Of a stretch of 64,000 bases of DNA, positions 25,602 to 36,752 are shown in pieces. The position numbers were made by a program, and so were the translations under genes. A model generated the notes under the pieces. That model did not search any database, was not told the DNA's origin, and worked only from the letters and a program-made list of their open reading frames with translations. The first letter of the stretch is position 1; each line of letters opens with the position of its first letter. Source of the stretch: Mobula hypostoma (Eukaryota); NCBI RefSeq assembly GCF_963921235.1, contig NC_086101.1, forward strand, positions 4,032,001 through 4,096,000, read 5' to 3'.

Positions 25602-25715
25602 CAGCACATCCAGGGACCTGTCACCGGCTAGTCCCAGGATCAATACCGGAGATCGAAGTCTGAAGACTGGAGACCGAAGGCCTGGAGGCCTGTGCTGGAA
25701 TGGGAGGACTATCCT

Positions 25716-25741
25716 TGTGTGTGTGTGTGTGTGTGTGTGTG
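25716..25741. repeat. (TG)n microsatellite
   Basis: Directly visible. Confidence 0.95.
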
Positions 25742-25999
25742 AGAGTGAGTAGGCGTGAGGGAGGACAGGGGCTTGTTTTACTGTTGTTGTTTTGTTGCTT
25801 GCTATGTTCTGTGTTGTTCTACCAAGCTTTTTGGGTATGCGATGTTGGTGCCGGAATGTGGTCTCGCTCTGCCTGCAGCACAGTAACGCTGAAAGTGCAC
25901 TGACTGTATGTTTTGACATAGATGTGAACGATAAATCTGTATCTGAATCCTCAGCGTGTCAGTAACTTTCATCCATGACCTGCTCCCGTACCTCCTACA

Positions 26000-26627
26000 T
26001 TCACATCCAAGTCATCAATATATTCGGCCTGGTTGCATCACGACCTGGTGTGGAAACACAGATGCCCTTCGAAAGGTAGTGGATACAGCCCAGTACATCA
26101 CGAGTAAAGCCCACCCCACCATTGGACACATCTACACAGAGCGTTGTCACAGGAAAGCAGCGTTCATCACCAAGGACCCGCACTATCCAGGCCACGCTCT
26201 CTTCTCGCGGCACCAGCATGGTGGTACAGGAGCCTCAGGACCCACACCAACAGCTTTAACAACAGTTATTATCCATCAACCAACAGGTTCCTGAACCGGC
26301 ATTGATAACTTCACTTGCACCATCGCTGAACTGTTCCCACCGAATTGCACGCACTTTCAAGGACTCTTCATCTCCTGTTCATTATTGAGTGATTGATTGA
26401 TTGATCAATCGATCTATCTATTTTTTGCTTATTTCTTCGTTTTTCCCTCTTTCCATGATTGCACAATGTGTTGCGCCTTTGCACACCGGCTGTTTGCCCT
26501 GTTGGGTGTGCTCTCTCATTAATTCTATTATCTTTCTTGGATACTGCATATGCCCATAAGAAAATAAATCTCAGGGATGTATATGGTTACACTTGCATAC
26601 TTTGATAACAAATTTACTTTGAACTTT
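26000..26627 (+). mobile_element. Degraded Rex-Babar/L2-type LINE 3' fragment
   Basis: GCITTW..LRKVVDTAQYIT..KDPHYPGH peptide; TTTACTTTGAACTTT tail. Confidence 0.7.
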
Positions 26628-26811
26628 AAATCACGAACAAAGGTTCCAGCACTGTGCCAGCTTTCCAATGCACACACCGTTGGAATATCCTGCATGGACC
26701 AGTCCTTCAGCCCTCGATGTTGTGCTATTTAACCACCTCAAAGATCAGCCGAACCCTTCCCTTCCACACACCTCTCTAATTCCCTATTATCCAAGTGCCT
26801 ATGCTCTTAAA

Positions 26812-27432
26812 GGCGGGAGGAGAGAGAGCGGCGCGCCACGCGTGCGCAGCCCTCCGATGAAAAATGATATCGTATCTGTTAAATAGAGGCCGTGGACAAT
26901 TCTGATTTGATGGAGATGGACGTGAAAGCACAGAGGAACATCTGGAAAAATTTCTGAAATGCTCGTTCGCTGCTGTCGTTACTGCGCGGTCAGGAATCTT
27001 TCGGAGGGAAGGCCTCAAAATCCCCGGCCTTGCCTGCTGTTGGCGACCGAGTAGGAGGTTGAATCATTTGGACAGAGATGGTGCTCAGTACTCAGTGTCG
27101 GACAGCTGATCAGAGCTCGAAGATTTCGGACGACTCAGAGTCGGACCGTGGTCAGGTATGGCAGGGAGAGTTTTTCTTCCTTCTCCCGTCTGCGTGAGAT
27201 GTGGGACATTTGAGAGACTTTGAACTTTACTGTGCTCATGGACTTCTTCATCAAGTTATGGTATTGTTGCACTGTTGTAACTATATGTTATAATTATGTG
27301 GTTTTGTCAGTTTTTTCAGTTTTGGTCCGTCCTGTGTTTTGTGATATCACACTGGAGGAAATATTGTATCATTTCTTAATGCATGCATTACTAAATGACA
27401 ATAAAAGAGGACTGCGTGTCTTCATTATCTAA
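26812..27432 (+). mobile_element. Unclassified non-coding retroposon-like insertion
   Basis: CpG-rich 5' end, AATAAA and ATCTAA tail; TAAA duplication; splits a CR1 remnant (ctcttaaa|tgtccctaatg). Confidence 0.6.
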
Positions 27433-27473
27433 TAAATGTCCCTAATGAACCTGCCTCCATCATCACCCCCCAA

Positions 27474-28470
27474 CATAGAAGAGTACAGCACAGGGAGAGG
27501 CCATTCACCCCACAATGTTGTGATAAACCAGATAAAAAAAAACAAATCAAAATGACGCAAACACTAATCCCTCCTACCTACGCAATGCCCATATCCCTCC
27601 ATCTTCCATACATCCACATACCTATCCAAACATCTCTTAAAAGTCTCTGATGTGTTTGCCTCTTCCACCATACCAGGCAGCGCATTCCAGGCACCCAAGA
27701 ATCTGCGTAAAAAATGTCCCTCACATCCCCCTTGGACCTACCCCCTCTCATCTTCAATGCATGCCCTCTGGTGTTAGACATTTCAACCCTGAGAAAGAGA
27801 TAAACTCAGTCCATCCTCACTATGCCTCTCGTCATCCTGGACATATTTATCAGATCTCCAATTGGCTTCCAGAGCTCCACAGGAGACAACCCGAGCTTAA
27901 CCAGGCAGCATCATGGTCAACCTCGTCTGCACGCTCTCCAAAGCCTCAACATCCTTCCCATAGCGGGGCGACCTGAACGGGATGCAATACCCCAGATGTG
28001 GCCTCACCAGAGTTTGATAAAGTTACAACATAGCCTCTTGACTTTTGAACTCAATGCCTTGACTAATATAAGCAAGTGTTCCATAAGCCCTGTTAACCAC
28101 CTTATTGACCTGTGCAGCCACTTTCAACTGGCTATGAGACTGGACCTGAAGATCTCTCTGCTCTCCTTGCATTTGCCATGCCAAGGTGCAACATCTCACA
28201 TTTATCTGGATTAAACTCCATCTGCCATTTCTCAGCCCATATCTGCAACTGATCTATATTGTGCTGTATTCTTTGCCAGTCCTCTACACTGTCCACAACT
28301 CTACCAATCTCGGTCTCATCTACAAACGTTCTAACCCACCCATCTACATTTTCATCCAGATCATTCATATACACCACAGGCAGCAGGGGTCCCAGCACAG
28401 ATCCCTGTAGAACATCACTAATCACAGACCTCCAGCTCGAATAAGTCCCTTCAACCACTATTCTCTGTTT
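27474..28470 (-). mobile_element. CR1 3' part with internal deletions
   Basis: RT peptide in ORF 28132-28650; similar to the plus-strand copy at 56500-57650. Confidence 0.85.
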
Positions 28471-28786
28471 TTTTTTATGTGCAGCTGTGGATGCCAGATC
28501 ATTTAGTGTACTTAAGGCCGAGCTGGATCGGTTCTTTATTGGACACGGCATCAAAGGGTACGGGAAGAAGGCCGGGGAGTGGGGTGGAGGAGGGGGATAA
28601 AAGGATGAGCCATGATTAAATGGCGGAGCAGACTCAATGGGCCAATTCACCTAATTCTGCTCCTACATCTTATGGTCTTTTGACACTCCCCTGATACAGC
28701 TATGATATTGTCCCTAATTAATAGGGCAACTACCCCACCCACTTTTTTTAAACCTCCATCTTTTCTAAATCTTCAGAAATCTGGTA

Positions 28787-30191
28787 CAGTGAACCCCTGT
28801 TATAACGCGATCGTTTGGGTCCATAAAGTGTCATTGCGAAAAAAGCAGGTCGTGCTAAATCAGGGTTCAAGAAAATCAGTGTTCAAACTGACCCAATGTT
28901 GACCTAACATTCTAAAACGCCTCTTCACATCAAAGTTGCTGGTGAATGCAGCAGGCCAGGCAGCATCTCTAGGAAGACGAACAGTCGACGTTTCGGGCCG
29001 AGACCCTTTGAGACCCGTGTTTTCGATTCTAAAACGCCCCTACTTTCACCCTATCTGACCCGCTTTTTGCACATTTACCTTCTGGCAAGTAAATCACCTT
29101 TGAATTAAAGAATTCTGCGAATAAATCGTTGTTGCTACTGTAGAAATTAAAACACAAATTAATTGTTAGTAAAGCTTTTTAATACAAAAAACAATAAATA
29201 AAGACATTCAAGAATATTAGCAATCATCATTTACAGTTTATTTCTTTGAAAAGTGATCAAGTGTTCCGAGCTTGAACGTAGCATATCGCTGGCTGTGAGC
29301 GAAATCTAGAAAGCTTGTGAGTTGGAGGTTTTTTATGTGGTCCACCTCCTGGGTCTCCAGCCGACGGAGGCTAGCGTCAAGGTGTTCAATGGCTTCAGAC
29401 ACTTGTGGGGGTGGGGACGGAGGCTCTTCATTGTCATCTTCTTGTGGCTCGAGAACCGGTACACTTGCTTCCACCGGCGTTATCGTTACCTTACGGATGA
29501 TCTCGGCATCCTTCAGGTGCCCATATGTTGGGTGTTCGTCGTCAGCAGAGTGCCACTGGTGTAACTCTTTGTTCCATTCTTCGGGGAGAGTTTTTAGTTC
29601 AGCCAGGTATTCGCTGGTGGTGGCACTGTCTCCTGACACTATCACTTGAGAAATCCTGTGATGGTGTTTAAACCGGTCTAGACGTCCATTGCTAGCTTTG
29701 AACTGTGAGGTTTCTCCATTGATCTGCTTGTCAAACTTCTCGGCTTGAGCTTTGAGAATAGGGCCGGAAATTGAAAGGCTTTCTGAGCGAGCTTGAATGA
29801 ACCACTGGTACAGGGAGTCATCGATGCTGACACCTTTGGCTGTCTTCAGGCGTCTGGCTTCTTCTTCAACTTCGCAAAGTGGCGCGCGTTAACTTTCCTT
29901 TGTGATATTTCCAGCCACGAAGTGTTGTTTCTGCTATTCCGTGGACTCGTGCAACTTGAGTTTGACTTTTAGTCTTGATTGTGTCAAGTGCGTGAAGCTT
30001 ATCTTTCACAGAAAAAAGTTTCTTCTTCTAGCAGTTTGTTCCATTTTGAGCAAAAAAAAGGTCTAATGAGTCACACAAAATGCTGGGGAGTATAAATTGA
30101 AATGGATATGGATGGATATGGTGTCCAATGACTCATTGCATTATATCTGAATTCGCATTAAATCGGGACGCGTAAAATCGAGGTTTCACTG
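28787..30191 (-). mobile_element. pogo/Tigger-like DNA transposon, internally deleted
   Basis: Imperfect 23-bp TIRs (CAGTGAACCCCTGTTATAACGCG / CAGTGAAACCTCGATTTTACGCG), TA on both sides; HTH and CENP-B-type peptides (IAETTLRGW, LYQWFIQAR, ISGPILKAQA, FKASNGRLDRFK); no DDE core seen. Confidence 0.9.
28922..29025 (-). mobile_element. Short Penelope-derived insertion inside the Tigger element
   Basis: 13-bp direct repeat ATTCTAAAACGCC (28909-28921, 29026-29038); carries half of the hammerhead motif. Confidence 0.75.
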
Positions 30192-30193
30192 TA

Positions 30194-30540
30194 TATTTCT
30201 CACACACTCCCTTATCTCTCTCAACCAAGTTTCAGTAATGGTTACCACATCGTAGTTCCATGTACTGATCCATTCTCTAAGTTCATCACCTTTACCCATA
30301 ATACTCCTAGTATTAAAATATACACACTTCAAACTATCCAACCCATCATACCGGTAATTTCGATTTTGCTTTTCAATACTTTCCCTGATCTTCTGGTCCG
30401 ATCCTTCCCTTACTGACCTAGGGCTCCGCTTCCCTAACCCCTGGAAGAGTAGTTTAAACTCTCCCGAGGTGCATCAGCAAACTTCCCTGCCAGGATATTG
30501 GTTCCCCTCCAGTTCAGGTGTAATCCATCCCTTTCCCCAG
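30194..30540 (-). mobile_element. CR1 ORF1/ORF2 junction fragment (same subfamily as 53330-57655); continues at about 28680-28786
   Basis: Reverse complement resembles 54600-54920. Confidence 0.75.
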
Positions 30541-31140
30541 AAAGAAGATTGTGGGTGAACGGCTAAGGTTTTCCAGAGTGAAGGCAATTTTACTACTCGG
30601 GGTAAAAGAGAGGCAAGACTGCACAGGCACGTGATGTCAGCCAGAAGAGCAGGAAAAGTTCTAAAAGACCGCCACATACAGTTGGCAGAGTTCAGAGCAG
30701 GCAGCGGAGTGAGAGGTGGCAGAATGATAGGGGTTTGGCTCAATGGGCTCAGGCGGAAACAAGGCGAGGTAGGTTTACCTGTGTTAATTGCGGAAAGGAA
30801 GTATTGTGTGTGTGAAGCCGTTTTTCTGTGCTCAGTGTCAGACGTGGGAGGTCCTGGAGTCTCCCAGCCTCCCAGACGACAATATCTGCACCCGGTGTGT
30901 CGAGCTGCAGCTCCTAAGGGACCGTGTTAGGGAAATGGAAATGCAGCTCGATGACCTTCACCTGGTCAGGGAGAGCGAGGAGGTGATAGAAAGGAGTTAT
31001 AGGCAGGTGGTCACACCGGGTCCACGGGAGACAGACAAGTGGGTCACAGTCAGGAGGTGGAAGGGGAAGAGTCAGATACTAGAGAGTACCCCTGTGGTTG
31101 TACCCCTCGACAATAAGCACTCCTGTTTGAGTACTGTTGG

Positions 31141-34100
31141 AGCAGGGGGCAGGGATTCAAGTTTTTGGATCATTGGGACCTCTATTGGTGCAGGCGTGAC
31201 CTGTACAAAAAGGACGGGTTACACTTGAATCCTAGGGGGACCAATATCCTGGCAGGGAGATTAGCGGGGGCTACTGAGGTGACTTTAAACTAGAATGGTT
31301 GGGGGGTGGGAATCAAATTAAAGAGGCTAGGCGTGAGGAGGTTAGTTCACAACAGAGGGATGGGAACCAGTGCAGAGAGACAGAGGGGTGTAAAGTGAGG
31401 GTAGAAGCAAAAAATACAAAGGAAAAAAGTAAAAGTGGCAGGCCGACAAATCCAGGGCAAGCATTAAAAAGGGCCACTTTTCAACATAATTGTATAAGGG
31501 CTAAGAGAGTTGTAAAAGAGCGCCTGAAGGCTTTATGTGTCAATGCAAGGAGCATTCGTAATAAGGTGGATGAATTGAAAATGCGGATTGTTATTAATGA
31601 TTATGATATAGTTGGGATCACAGAGACATGGCTCCAGGGTGACCAGGGATGGGAGCTCAACGTTCAGGGATATTCAATATTCAGGAGGGATAGACATGAA
31701 GGAAGGGGAGGTGGGGTGGCGTTGCTGGTTAAAAAAGAGATTAACGCAATAGAAAGGAAGGACGTAAGCCGGGAAGATGTGGAATCGATATGGGTAGAGC
31801 TGCGTAACACTAAGGGGCAGAAGACGCTGGTGGGAGTTGTGTACAGGCCACCTAACAGTAGTAGTGAGGTCGGAGATGGTATTAAACAGGAAATTAGAAA
31901 TGTGTGCAATAAAGGAACAGCAGTTATAATGGGTGACTTCAATCTACATGTAGACTGGGTGAACCAAATTGGTAAAGGCGCTGAGGAAGAGGATTTCTTG
32001 GAATGTATGCGGGATGGTTTTTTGAACCAACATATCGAGGAACCAACTAGAGAGCAGGCTATTCTGGACTGGGTTCTGAGCAATGAGGAAGGGTTAATTA
32101 GCGATCTTGTCGTGAGAGGCCCCTTGGGTAAGAGTGACCATAATATGGTGGAATTCTTCATTAACATGGAGAGTGACATAGTTAATTCAGAAACAAAGGT
32201 TCTGAACTTAAAGAGGGGTAACTTTGAAGGTATGAGACGTGAATTAGCTAAGATAGACTGGCAAATGACACTTAAAGGATTGACGGTGGATATGCAATGG
32301 CAGGCATTTAAAGGTTGCATGGATGAACTACAACAATTGTTCATCCCAGTTTGGCAAAAGAATAAATCAAGGAAGGTAGTGCACCCGTGGCTGACAAGAG
32401 AAATTAGGGATAGTATCAATTCCAAAGAAGTAGCATACAAATTAGCCAGAGAAAGTGGCTCACCTGAGGACTGGGAGAAATTCAGAGTTCAGCAGAGGAG
32501 GACAAAGGGCTTAATTAGGAAGGGGAAAAAAGATTATGAGAGAAAACTGGCAGAGAACATAAAAACCGACTGTAAAAGCTTTTATAGATATGTAAAAAGG
32601 AAAAGACTGATAAAGACAAATGTAGGTCCCCTGCAGACAGAAACAGGTGAATTGATTATGGGGAGCAAGGACATGGCAGACCAATTGAATAATTACTTTG
32701 GTTCTGTCTTCACTAAGGAGGACATAAATAATCTTCCAGAAATAGTAAGGGACAGAGGGTCCAGTGAGATGGAGGAACTGAGTGAAATACATGTTAGTAG
32801 GGAAGTGGTGTTAGGTAAATTGAAGGGATTGAAGGCAGCTAAATCCCCAGGGCCAGATGGTCTGCATCCCAGAGTGCTTAAGGAAGTAGCCCAAGAAATA
32901 GTGGATGCATTAGTGATAATTTTTCAAAACTCGTTAGATTCTGGACTAGTTCCTGAGGATTGGAGGGTGGCTAATGTAACCCCACTTTTTAAAAAAGGAG
33001 GGAGAGAGAAACCGGGGAATTATAGGCCGGTTAGCCTAACGTCGGTGGTGGGGAAACTGCTGGAGTCAGTTATCAAGGATGTGATAACAGCACATTTGGA
33101 AAGCGGTGAAATGATCGGACAAAGTCAGCATGGATTTGTGAAAGGAAAATCATGTCTGACGAATCTCATAGAATTTTTTGAGGATGTAACTAGTAGAGTG
33201 GATAGGGGAGAACCAGTGGATGTGGTATATTTGGATTTTCAAAAGGCTTTTGACAAGGTCCCACACAGGAGATTAGTGTGCAAACTTAAAGCACACGGTA
33301 TTGGGGGTAAGGTATTGGTGTGGGTGGAGAATTGGTTAGCAGACAGGAAGCAAAGAGTGGGAATAAACGGGACCTTTTCAGAATGGCAGGCGGTGACTAG
33401 TGGGGTACCGCAAGGCTCAGTGCTGGGACCCCAGTTGTTTACAATATATATTAATGACTTGGATGAGGGAATTAAATGCAGCATCTCCAAGTTTGCGGAT
33501 GACACGAAGCTGGGTGGCAGTGTTAGCAGTGAGGAGGATGCTAAGAGGATGCAGGGTGACTTGGATAGGTTGGGTGAGTGGGCAAACTCATGGCAGATGC
33601 AATTTAATGTGGATAAATGTGAAGTTATCCACTTTGGTGGCAAAAATAGGAAAACAGATTATTATCTGAATGGTGGCCGATTAGGAAAAGGGGAGGTGCA
33701 ACGAGACCTGGGTGTCATTATACACCAGTCATTGAAAGTGGGCATGCAGGTACAGCAGGCGGTGAAAAAGGCGAACGGTATGCTGGCATTTATAGCGAGA
33801 GGATTCGCGTACAGGAGCAGGGAGGTACTACTGCAGTTGTACAAGGCCTTGGTGAGACCACACCTGGAGTATTGTGTGCAGTTTTGGTCCCCTAATCTGA
33901 GGAAAGACATCTTTGCCATAGAGGGAGTACAAAGAAGGTTCACCAGATTGATTCCTGGGATGGCAGGTCTTTCATATGAAGAAAGACTGGATGAACTGGG
34001 CTTGTACTCGTTGGAATTTAGAAGATTGAGGGGGGATCTGATTGAAACGTATAAGATCCTAAAGGGATTGGACAGGCTAGATGCGGGAAGATTGTTCCCG

Positions 34101-34424
34101 ATGTTGGGGAGGTCCAGAACGAGGGGTCACAGTTTGAGGATAGAGGGGAAGCCTTTTAGGACCGAGATTAGGAAAAACTTCTTCACACAGAGAGTGGTGA
34201 ATCTGTGGAATTCTCTGCCACAGCAAACTGTTGAGGCCAGTTCATTGGCTATGTTTAAGAGGGAGTTAGATATGGCCCTTGTGGCTACAGGGGTCAGGGG
34301 GTATGGAGGGAAGGCTGGGTTCTGAGTTGGATGATCAGCCATGATCATAATAAATGGCGGTGCAGGCTCGAAGGGCCGAATGGCCTACTCCTGCACCTAT
34401 TTTCTATGTTTCTATGTTTCTATG
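31141..34424 (+). mobile_element. Young 5'-truncated CR1 (end of ORF1 plus complete ORF2)
   Basis: Uninterrupted ORF2; (TTTCTATG)3 tail at 34401-34424. Confidence 0.95.
31278..34325 (+). CDS. Intact CR1 ORF2: APE endonuclease plus reverse transcriptase, no cognate ATG
   Basis: NARS, ITETW, YRPP, GDFN, SDHN; DFQKAFD, GVPQGSVLGP, FADD; frame open from 31278. Confidence 0.93.
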   Translation, partial: GDFKLEWLGGGNQIKEARREEVSSQQRDGNQCRETEGCKVRVEAKNTKEKSKSGRPTNPGQALKRATFQHNCIRAKRVVKERLKALCVNARSIRNKVDELKMRIVINDYDIVGITETWLQGDQGWELNVQGYSIFRRDRHEGRGGGVALLVKKEINAIERKDVSREDVESIWVELRNTKGQKTLVGVVYRPPNSSSEVGDGIKQEIRNVCNKGTAVIMGDFNLHVDWVNQIGKGAEEEDFLECMRDGFLNQHIEEPTREQAILDWVLSNEEGLISDLVVRGPLGKSDHNMVEFFINMESDIVNSETKVLNLKRGNFEGMRRELAKIDWQMTLKGLTVDMQWQAFKGCMDELQQLFIPVWQKNKSRKVVHPWLTREIRDSINSKEVAYKLARESGSPEDWEKFRVQQRRTKGLIRKGKKDYERKLAENIKTDCKSFYRYVKRKRLIKTNVGPLQTETGELIMGSKDMADQLNNYFGSVFTKEDINNLPEIVRDRGSSEMEELSEIHVSREVVLGKLKGLKAAKSPGPDGLHPRVLKEVAQEIVDALVIIFQNSLDSGLVPEDWRVANVTPLFKKGGREKPGNYRPVSLTSVVGKLLESVIKDVITAHLESGEMIGQSQHGFVKGKSCLTNLIEFFEDVTSRVDRGEPVDVVYLDFQKAFDKVPHRRLVCKLKAHGIGGKVLVWVENWLADRKQRVGINGTFSEWQAVTSGVPQGSVLGPQLFTIYINDLDEGIKCSISKFADDTKLGGSVSSEEDAKRMQGDLDRLGEWANSWQMQFNVDKCEVIHFGGKNRKTDYYLNGGRLGKGEVQRDLGVIIHQSLKVGMQVQQAVKKANGMLAFIARGFAYRSREVLLQLYKALVRPHLEYCVQFWSPNLRKDIFAIEGVQRRFTRLIPGMAGLSYEERLDELGLYSLEFRRLRGDLIETYKILKGLDRLDAGRLFPMLGRSRTRGHSLRIEGKPFRTEIRKNFFTQRVVNLWNSLPQQTVEASSLAMFKRELDMALVATGVRGYGGKAGF

Positions 34425-36752
34425 TTAGGGGTGACAGCCTACCTGGGCGAAGCGACAGTGGCCGTGCCTCTGGCACAGAGTCTGGCCCTGTGGCTCAGAA
34501 GGGTAGGGAAAGGAAGAGGAAGGCAGTAGTGATAGGAGACTCTACAGTTAGGGGGTCAGACAGGCGATTCTGAGGACGTAGGAAAGAAACTCGGATGGTA
34601 GTTTGCCTCCCAGGTGCCAAGGTCCGGGATGTTTCAGATCGCGTCCAAGATATCCTGCAGTGGGAGGGAGAACAGCCAGAGGTCATGGTACATGTTGGTA
34701 CCGATGACATAGGTAGGAAAAGGGAAGAGGTCCTGACAAAAGACTACAGGGAGTTAGGAAGGAAGTTGAGAAGCAGGACTGCAAAGCTATTCATCTCGGG
34801 ATTACTGCCTGTGCCACATGACAGCGGGTATAGGAATAGAGTGAGGTGGAGGATAAATGCGTGGCTGAGGGTTTGGAGCAGGGGGCAGGGATCCAAATTT
34901 CTGGATCATTGGTACCTCTTTTGGGGCAGGTGTGACCTGTACAAAAAGGACAGGTTGCACTTGAATCCCAGGGGGACCAATATCCTGGCAGGGTGGTTTG
35001 CTAAGGCTACTGGAGAGAGTTTAAACTAGAATTGTCGAACTGAACTGAAGAGAATGGGGAAGAGGTGGTTGGCTCACAAACAGAGAAAGCTTGGAGACAG
35101 TGTGTGAGGGAGGATAGGCAGGTGATAGAGAAGGGACGCACTCAGAACGACAGTTTGAGATGTGTCTATTTTAACATAAGGAGTATTGTGAACAAAGTGG
35201 ATGAGCTTCGAGCATGGATCCATGAGCTATGATGTGGTGGCCATTACAGAGACTTGGATGGCTCAGGGACAGGAATGGTTACTTCAAGTGCCAGGTTTTA
35301 GATGTTTCGGAAAGGACAGGGAGGGAGGCAAAAGAGGTGGGGGGTGTAGCACTGCTGATCAGAGGCAGTGTCACAGCTGCAGAAAAGGAGGATATCATGG
35401 AGGGATTGTCTACTGAGTCTCTGTGGGTTGAGGTTAGGAACAGGAAGGGGCCAATAACTCTACTGGGTGTTTTTTATAGGCCGCTCAATAGTAACAGGGA
35501 TATCAAGGAGCAGATAGAGAAACTGATCCTGGAAAGGTGTAATAATAGCAGAGTTGTCAAGATGGGAGATCTTCATTCCCCAAATATCGATTGCCATCTC
35601 CCTAGAGTGAGGGGTTTAGCTGGGGTGGAGTTTGTTAGGTGTGTTCAGGAAGGTTTCTCGACACAATATGTAGATAAGCCTACCAGACAAGAGACTGTAT
35701 TTGATTTGGTATTGGGAAATTAACCTGGTCAGGTGTCAGATCTCTCTGTGGGAGAGCATTTTGGAGATAGTGATCATAATTCTATCTACTTTACAATAGC
35801 ACTGGAGAGAGATAAGATAGAAAAGTACTTAATTGGAGAAAGGGGAATTATGAAGCTATCAGGCAGGAAATTGGAAGCTTAAATTGGGAACAGATGTTCT
35901 CAGGAAAAAGTACGGAAAAAATGTTGGCAAATGTTTTGGAGATATTTGTGTGGAGTTCTGCATAGGTATGTGCCAATGAGACAGGTAAGTTATGGTAGGG
36001 TATGGGAACAGTGGTGTACAAAGGCTGTAATATATCTAGTCAAGAAGAAAAGAAAAGCTTACAAAAGGTTCAGAGAGTTAGGTAATGTTAGGGATCTAGA
36101 AGATTATAAGGCTAACAGGAAGGAGCTTAAAAAGGAAATTAGGAGAGCCAGAAGGGGCCATGAGAAGGCCTTGGAGGGCAGGATTAAGGAAAAGTGACAG
36201 GTTGCACCTGAACTCGAGGGGGACCAATAATCTCGTGGGCAGGTTTGTTAGGGCTGTTGGAGAGGGTTTAAACTAATTGGGAAGGGGGATGGAAACCAGA
36301 GTGAAGAGACTCAGGAAAGGACGGATGGTTAAAAAAGCAAAGATTGTGTGCAGTCAGAATGTCAGGAAGGGCTGGTAGATGACAGGACATAATTGCAGCC
36401 AGCAGGGTGAGTATCACTGCATTAGGGATGCAGAATCAAAAAGGGTAGCAAATACAGTACTCAAAGTGTTATATCTCAATGCACAGAGGATAAGAAATAA
36501 GGTGGATGATCTTGCTGCACTATTACAGATTCACAGGTATGATGTTGTGGCTATCACTGAATCGTGACTGAAGGATGGTTGTAGTTGGGAGCTGAATGTC
36601 CAAGGTTACACATTGAATCGGAGGAAAAGGAAGGTAGGCAGAGGGGGTCGTATAGCTCTACTAGTAAAGAATGGCATCAAATCCTTAGAAAGATGTGACG
36701 TAGGATTAGAAGACGTTGAATCCTTGTGGGTTGAGTTAAGAAGCTGCAAGGG

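Larger units (their letters stand above)
30545..36193 (+). mobile_element. CR1 subfamily A, 5' half; ORF1 split by the younger CR1 at 31141-34424
   Basis: ORF1 breaks at SCLSTV (31140) and resumes at GDSLPG (about 34430); ORF2 endonuclease remnants run to 36193. Confidence 0.9.

Noticed and set aside
31664..33943. Minus-strand ORFs (258 and 134 aa and others)
   Set aside because: Antisense shadows of CR1 ORF2; similar shadows recur on other copies.
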